A stretch of DNA of 32,000 nucleotides from an uncultured Pseudomonadota bacterium (lineage in GTDB: Bacteria > Babelota > Babeliae > Babelales > RVW-14), in the NCBI GenBank assembly GCA_964534555.1, contig CAZHRK010000001.1, positions 500,600 through 532,599 on the forward strand, written 5' to 3'. Of this stretch, positions 27,569 through 32,000 are shown one piece after another. The stretch's first letter is position 1. Each line of letters begins with the position of its first letter. Made by a program: the position numbers and the translations under genes. The notes below the pieces were generated by a model. The model was not told the origin of the DNA and did not search any database. It was given only the letters and a program-made list of their open reading frames with translations.

Positions 27569-29479
27569 ATGATACGATATGGTTTATTAATCGCTATAAT
27601 ATTGTTGCCGCACCCCGATCTTGAAGCAGCTAAGGCAAAAGGTGTTAAAGCAGCATCAAAAAGCTCAACAATTAAAGTTTCTGGTGGCACAGCAAAAATA
27701 TCAAATGCTAATGCTTCTCTTGAAGGGTTAACTATTGAGGTCAGTGCTGCAAATAAACTTTCAGGATCATTCAACACAAATAATACAACACTAAAAATAG
27801 CATCTAATGGTACTAATTTGGTTGTTGGTGGGGTTACCAACGTCGCGAATAATACACTGCCAGCAAAGAGTGGTAATGCTAACCAGGATCTTGAATTTAT
27901 TACAGCGACATCGTTAGACGCGTCATTATCATTTGCTTCAGGTAAAAAGTTTAGTGGAACTATTGATGCCGCTGGTCAGTCTGTCAAAACAGATGCAACA
28001 CCGCGGACCTACAGCAGCAACGCACGCTTATTAAATATGCTCGATCTTGAATTTTTAGGAGAGACAACGCTCGCGACTCAGTGGACCTTTGAGGGTGATG
28101 CTGTTGTGAGTGGAAACGGAAATATCCTTGATTTAAGCCCAAGCGGTACGATTGTCGTCGCGCCAGATACCGAGCTTACACTTGCAAATCTTGTTTTGCG
28201 TGGTCTTGGTAACGCTCCTGGGCTGGGTAAAATCTATCTTACAGACAAATCTTCTGTGCTTAAATTAACAAATACAACTGTTGAGCTTGATGATGATTAT
28301 ACATTTACTCGCGGTGGTATTTATGTTGTTGGGCCTACAACAATTATTACTGCAGATCATACGCTTACTATCGATCAGCAGGCATCAATGACGGTTGATA
28401 ACGTAACTTTGTATTATGATACGCTTACTTTTTCTGATGATGCTAATATTGCACCAGAGATAGCTGATGAAAGCACAAATCCCGTGTATGTTGTGTCAGT
28501 TAATAATGGCCAGATACTCCATGCAAACCCAGAGGGTGGGGTGGCGCCTCCTGCTGGTGATGAGATTATCTCATCAGATCTAACGCTTTCAGAGCTTGCA
28601 GTTGCTTCACCATCAACCAAGTTTATATTCACTTCAAGCGCAACACTTGATGGTGCAAGCTTCCCGCTCATTTTCACTCGAGCAGATATTCCTGTGGTAG
28701 AAGTTGATGATGCAGTTGAGGCACGCTTTACTGATATTAGGCTTGAGCATGTCGCACCGTCATTAATTGGTCTTGGTGCTGGCGCAACAGTTGTTTTTGA
28801 TGACGCTGTTGAGCTTGATCTTGCAAAAGATGATGCGCTAGAAGATACATGGACATTTCGTGGTGCATGCAGAATTAATGGACAAGGAAGCACACTTGAT
28901 CTTTCGGCTGGTGATCTTGTTATCCAGGGTGCTGATAGCTCCTTACTTATTGAGAATATTGTTATCACCGGACTTGCAGGAAGCGCAATTCGCTGCACAG
29001 ACAATACTCAAACAGTAACATTTAAAAACGTAACCTTTTTGCTTGATGATACATTCACAATGACAAAAGGGCGTTTTGAAGTAGATGGCGTATGCCTTGT
29101 TCAAGGTGATGGCACGTTTGAATATGCATCTGCTGTAGCTAGTAAGGTTAATGCAGGCGGCACATTAGCTCTTGACGGTGCTACATTTCATTATGCTCCT
29201 GCCGTGGCAAATAGAGATCTTATTATTTTTGATACCGCTGCAGCACGTATGAGTCTTAATGGTGCAACGCTTTCTTCAACAACAACGGGTATGCGCCTTA
29301 CTCGCGGTACGCTTATTCTAGATCATAAAAATATCATTAATGCGTCAGGTAGCTCTGTATCAAGCGGAATATCGATTGGTAACGGATCCTCTGATTACGA
29401 CCTTGATATTAAACTTTTTCCTGGAGCAAGCCTTAACACAATCGCAGGAAGACTTATTTATGCAAACGTTGACGCATAA
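27569..29479 (+). CDS. secreted repeat protein, paralogue of gene A N-terminal region (hypothetical; gene D of cluster)
   Basis: The ORF is open from GTG 27560. ATG 27569 (or GTG 27566) is properly spaced from GAGGAG 27555-27560. Signal peptide MIRYGLLIAIILLPHPDLEA. Contains two copies of the WTFxG...G[NQ]G..LDL module. No C-terminal barrel signature. Confidence 0.85.
   Translation: MIRYGLLIAIILLPHPDLEAAKAKGVKAASKSSTIKVSGGTAKISNANASLEGLTIEVSAANKLSGSFNTNNTTLKIASNGTNLVVGGVTNVANNTLPAKSGNANQDLEFITATSLDASLSFASGKKFSGTIDAAGQSVKTDATPRTYSSNARLLNMLDLEFLGETTLATQWTFEGDAVVSGNGNILDLSPSGTIVVAPDTELTLANLVLRGLGNAPGLGKIYLTDKSSVLKLTNTTVELDDDYTFTRGGIYVVGPTTIITADHTLTIDQQASMTVDNVTLYYDTLTFSDDANIAPEIADESTNPVYVVSVNNGQILHANPEGGVAPPAGDEIISSDLTLSELAVASPSTKFIFTSSATLDGASFPLIFTRADIPVVEVDDAVEARFTDIRLEHVAPSLIGLGAGATVVFDDAVELDLAKDDALEDTWTFRGACRINGQGSTLDLSAGDLVIQGADSSLLIENIVITGLAGSAIRCTDNTQTVTFKNVTFLLDDTFTMTKGRFEVDGVCLVQGDGTFEYASAVASKVNAGGTLALDGATFHYAPAVANRDLIIFDTAAARMSLNGATLSSTTTGMRLTRGTLILDHKNIINASGSSVSSGISIGNGSSDYDLDIKLFPGASLNTIAGRLIYANVDA
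28082..28345 (+). repeat. protein-level module copy D1 (WTFEGDAVVSGNGNILDLSPSGTIVVAPDTELTLANLVLRGLG...GPTTI)
   Basis: Best match to copy A1 (22120-22380), with conserved anchors along ~88 aa. Confidence 0.8.
28850..29101 (+). repeat. protein-level module copy D2 (WTFRGACRINGQGSTLDLSAGDLVIQGADSSLLIENIVITGLAG...)
   Basis: Same anchor order as A1 and D1: WTF.G, ING.G, LDLS, L.IEN[IV]VI.GL.G, F.NVTF.LDD.FT.T.G. Confidence 0.75.
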
Positions 29480-29511
29480 ATTATAGTTTCTGAGTACTTA
29501 ATTAGAGTGAC

Positions 29512-29545
29512 AAGAGGCGGATTTTTCCGCCTCTTCTTGTTTTTT
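29512..29545 (+). terminator. intrinsic terminator after gene D
   Basis: Perfect 10-bp stem AAGAGGCGGA / TCCGCCTCTT with loop TTTT, followed by CTTGTTTTTT. Confidence 0.85.
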
Positions 29546-29606
29546 GCCTGATTTATTTTAGATTGAGCGGGTAAAATATTTTCACTTTAATCCGGAGCGA
29601 TTATTA

Positions 29607-30410
29607 ATGGCAGCGCGTATTCAAAAAATTTTCGCAGTGATGTTAGTAGTTGGATGTTCATTGAGCTCGTTACTTTCAGTTACAACACGTAGTGGGAAAG
29701 TAGTTGGAGTGCCACACACAGTAGTTTCTGGTAATTATGTTCAACCAAAATTACATAAAAAACTTGCGCCCGGAGAAATTATAGAGCTTCATGCTGGCTC
29801 TGTGTATGACATGAATGGTGCTGAGCTTGATATGGCTAAAGGGCACATTCATCTTGTTGGGAATGGCGTAGCTCCTATCACTATAAAAAACGGTACAATC
29901 AAAAATTTTACTAATAAATCATTAAAAATTGTTGGTAACAAGCCGCGTCTGATATTAGACACTCTTGAATTGTATCTTGATTCAAATATCTGTTTCCCTT
30001 GCAGTGTCCAGATTCAAGGTATTGTCCAGATTACTCGATTAGGCGAAGATATCTCTGATTATACTATTTATTTAAACGAGGCAGGCCAGGTAATTATTAT
30101 GCCAGAATCGCAGCTTCTTATAGATGCTATAGACGTAGAGTCTTGTGTTGAGTCACCGATTCTTTTTTCAGCTGAAACAAGCGAGCTTTTGCTTGCGTCA
30201 GTTGATTGGTTTATGAATGCTGATCTAAGGTTTATGCGTGGTCTTATAACAACATCGATTGTTAAATTCAAAGGCGACCGTTCAGCATACTACCCGCAGA
30301 CATTATTTTTAGGTGATGCAAAAAACAAGATAAATAATTCCTTTTTAGGTAGGGTTGATGCCACTGAATTTGCCACTGACTATGTAACTATTATCGATAA
30401 TAATAAGTAA
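29607..30410 (+). CDS. lipoprotein candidate with degenerate copy of the cluster module (hypothetical; gene E)
   Basis: 267 aa. Signal peptide with lipobox LVVG-C (Cys17, codon 29655-29657). The internal segment GHIHLVGNGVAPITIKNGTIKNF...LILDTLELYLD resembles the GNG / L.L.N module. GGAG SD lies 9 nt upstream. Confidence 0.75.
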   Translation: MAARIQKIFAVMLVVGCSLSSLLSVTTRSGKVVGVPHTVVSGNYVQPKLHKKLAPGEIIELHAGSVYDMNGAELDMAKGHIHLVGNGVAPITIKNGTIKNFTNKSLKIVGNKPRLILDTLELYLDSNICFPCSVQIQGIVQITRLGEDISDYTIYLNEAGQVIIMPESQLLIDAIDVESCVESPILFSAETSELLLASVDWFMNADLRFMRGLITTSIVKFKGDRSAYYPQTLFLGDAKNKINNSFLGRVDATEFATDYVTIIDNNK

Positions 30411-30460
30411 TTAATTAGTACATATGTGTAGCATAACCAAATAGAATATATCGAATTCTT

Positions 30461-30532
30461 AAAGCCCACAGTGCTAATCTCATTCTGTTTTATACAGGAA
30501 ATAGTTTTGAGAGAGGAAACGCCGTGGGCTTT
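30461..30532 (+). promoter_or_regulatory. structured RNA element (terminator-like or translational control) enclosing the SD and start codon of the downstream gene
   Basis: The 9-bp outer stem AAAGCCCAC (30461-30469) / GTGGGCTTT (30524-30532) contains the GTG start and is followed by TTATTTT. Two inner hairpins: 30483-30499, and 30504-30520 whose loop GAGAGAG is part of the SD. Confidence 0.4.
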
Positions 30533-32000
30533 TTATTTTGCATACTTAATCGAATAGTTTTATGGGTTGTGATTTTTTCTTACGTTACAGTGAGTGGAGC
30601 GCTGCTTGCTTCATCTGCAGATGTTATTCGTATTGATGAAGTACAACTTCAGCGCAGAGCGGAAGTTGAGGGCGTGGGTTATAAAACTGCAAATCTAGAG
30701 CAGTTGCGCTCAGTCTGTGAGACAGTGTCTAATATTAAGGTACCTGCATTTGTGGGAGTCACATCATCAAAAATTCAAGATGTATTACGTGATTCAGGAT
30801 TTAATGCAAGAGATCAGTGGGCGGTGGTGCTGGATAAAGCAGATACCTCAAGGTCGTTAGGCGAGCTTGCGCCTGATTTTATAGACGCATGTCGTTATTT
30901 TGCACAAGAGCTTACAGCAGTCTGGAATACCCTTAGTGACAAGCCATCGCTTGATGAGCTTTTTGGCCTTGAAGGTCTAGATACTTTTCTTGCAGGCGTT
31001 GCAGCGCGTGGCGGCCGCCTTATGGTGCGCAGCACAGGAAAAGAGGATAAGGTTGGTCTTGCAAATGCTGGTGGAAATGAAAGCATTGCAAATGTTGAAC
31101 CTACGACAAAAGCTGTGCTTGAGGCTATGGGCAGGGTTATTGCATCGTATAGTAGTGAAAAATCTCTTAAGCAGAGGTTTGCTGCTGGCGATGAAACAGT
31201 TTTAACCGAGCATATTTTTACACCAGTTCTTATTCAAGAGATGATTGGTGAGGTTGAGGGTGAAGCTGTTCCTGCGTGCGGGGTTATGTTTACAGAAGAT
31301 CCTGCGGGTTCGATTAGTATGCAAACCAGTGGGGGAGATGGACTGCAATCAACAGGGATTGTTCTGATTAACGCTGCGTGGGGGCATAATACAGGTGTAG
31401 TTAATAGCTTAGTTCCCACTGATACCTATCGTTGTGTAAACGTAAGCGCAGAGCGAGTGATGATTTATCCCGTTGTCCGCAGAAAAACAAAACGACTAAA
31501 ACCTGGGGCTAGCGGTAAGCTTGTTGATGAATCAAACGACCTTTCTTTAAGTGAAAAGCCTGCGTTAGCGCGTGACCAATTAGAGCGACTGACGCAATTT
31601 GCCGGTACTCTTGAGCAATTTTATCAGCGTGCAATGGATATCGAATTTGTAGTTAAAGGTGAGACAATTTATATTGTCCAAGCACGCCCCCTTACCTATA
31701 GCAAAAACACTGTCAAGCCATCATACATAGACCCTTCGGCATATGAAGACCTTGCAGCATATAGTGTTCAGACAATCTGCTCGGCATCTAACGCAGTAAG
31801 CATACTAGAAACAGGGGAAGAACTTTTAGTGGCACGAGATATTGGCACTGCGCTGGAACGTTACCTGAGCACAGGGTTTAATAAATCAGCAGTGAAAGTT
31901 GTGCTTGTTGGACGGGACGCGCCAAGTACATCACATGAAGCAACAACCTTTCGGAGCGAAGGCAAAACTGTCTTTTTTAGTCGACGTTTTAATGAGATTG
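30524..32000 (+). CDS. PEP-utilising enzyme family protein (PpsA/PPDK_N-type ATP-grasp plus phosphohistidine swivel domain) with N-terminal hydrophobic signal/anchor; 3' partial
   Basis: Not in the ORF track because it runs off the window. I translated it codon by codon with no stop from 30524 to 31999. It aligns by eye with E. coli PpsA: VGYKTANL vs [33 protein letters not shown] vs [34 protein letters not shown] vs [29 protein letters not shown] vs MDIEWAKDG..LFIVQARPET. This is followed by ...[18 protein letters not shown], the TSH phosphohistidine context. The N-terminus [32 protein letters not shown] is hydrophobic. The start (GTG 30524 after GAGAGGAAA, or GTG 30569) is uncertain. Confidence 0.85.
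   Translation, partial: [492 protein letters not shown]

Noticed and set aside
21451-29479. Classifying A and D as chlamydial-type polymorphic membrane proteins, classical (type Va) autotransporters, or TpsA exoproteins.
   Set aside because: GGA[ILV] occurs essentially once and FxxN tetrapeptides are not repeated. Neither protein has a C-terminal amphipathic barrel or terminal aromatic residue. The N-termini lack the NPNL/NPNGI TPS motifs. Only the general beta-helix-like composition is shared.
30461-30532. A ~72-nt tRNA-like cloverleaf: outer stem, a 5-bp stem with 7-nt loop TTTTATA (would-be anticodon UUA), and a 5-bp stem with 7-nt loop.
   Set aside because: There is no room for a D-arm (11 nt instead of about 17). 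The would-be T-loop is GAGAGAG rather than TTCRANY. Position 37 is a pyrimidine, 3 extra nt separate the T-stem from the acceptor strand, and there is no discriminator context. It is kept only as a generic structured element.
30895-31419. Short ORFs 30895-31086 (-), 30990-31205 (+) and 31234-31419 (-) in the supplied track.
   Set aside because: All lie inside the long open frame (30524 to the window end), which shows clear PpsA-family similarity. They are out-of-frame or antisense shadows.
1-32000. Mobile elements, CRISPR arrays, rRNA or tRNA genes, recoded stop codons, or a compositionally foreign island.
   Set aside because: No transposase or integrase-like ORFs, inverted terminal repeats, regularly spaced direct repeats or tRNA cloverleaves were found by eye. 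TAA, TAG and TGA all terminate conserved genes at the expected lengths. The 21-30 kb cluster does not look compositionally different from the ribosomal region by eye, though this was not computed.

Overview
About two thirds of the window (126-19593, + strand) is one tightly packed, fully syntenic ribosomal-protein super-operon. The order is str (rpsL-rpsG-fusA-tuf), S10 (rpsJ to rpsQ), spc (rplN to rplO, then secY-adk-map-infA-rpmJ) and alpha (rpsM-rpsK-rpsD-rpoA-rplQ). rpmJ (16436-16552) is missing from the supplied ORF track and was found by reading the sequence. Six ORF-track starts (fusA, rplW, rpsC, rplE, rpoA and the 1308-aa ORF) were trimmed to downstream starts that fit a Shine-Dalgarno (SD) sequence, the neighbouring gene's stop codon and/or family N-termini. 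L30 (rpmD) is absent, and rpsE and rplO overlap. A bidirectional terminator is followed by a convergent dcd (- strand) and an L-lactate dehydrogenase gene.

The unusual part is 21.4-30.4 kb. It holds five consecutive + strand genes, all with N-terminal signal peptides, and I cannot assign any of them to a named family from sequence alone. They are a 1297-aa protein (A), a ~567-aa outer-membrane beta-barrel candidate ending in ...NYSF (B), a 131-aa secreted protein (C), a ~636-aa protein (D) and a 267-aa lipoprotein candidate (E). A and D clearly share a ~85-aa module (WTFxG..[VI].G[NQ]G..[IL]DL...L.L.N[IVL][IV][IL].G[IL]), and E has a degenerate copy. Strong intrinsic terminators bound the sub-units. 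I read this as a candidate undescribed surface or secretion gene cluster. Its architecture resembles type V or two-partner secretion, but the canonical motifs are missing.

The window ends in a partial gene for a PpsA/PPDK_N-type ATP-grasp plus phosphohistidine enzyme that unusually carries an N-terminal hydrophobic signal or anchor. Its start codon lies inside a predicted RNA stem.

No rRNA, tRNA, CRISPR array, transposase or integrase was seen. The host is probably an uncultivated or host-associated lineage of moderate to low GC content. Phylum cannot be assigned without searches.
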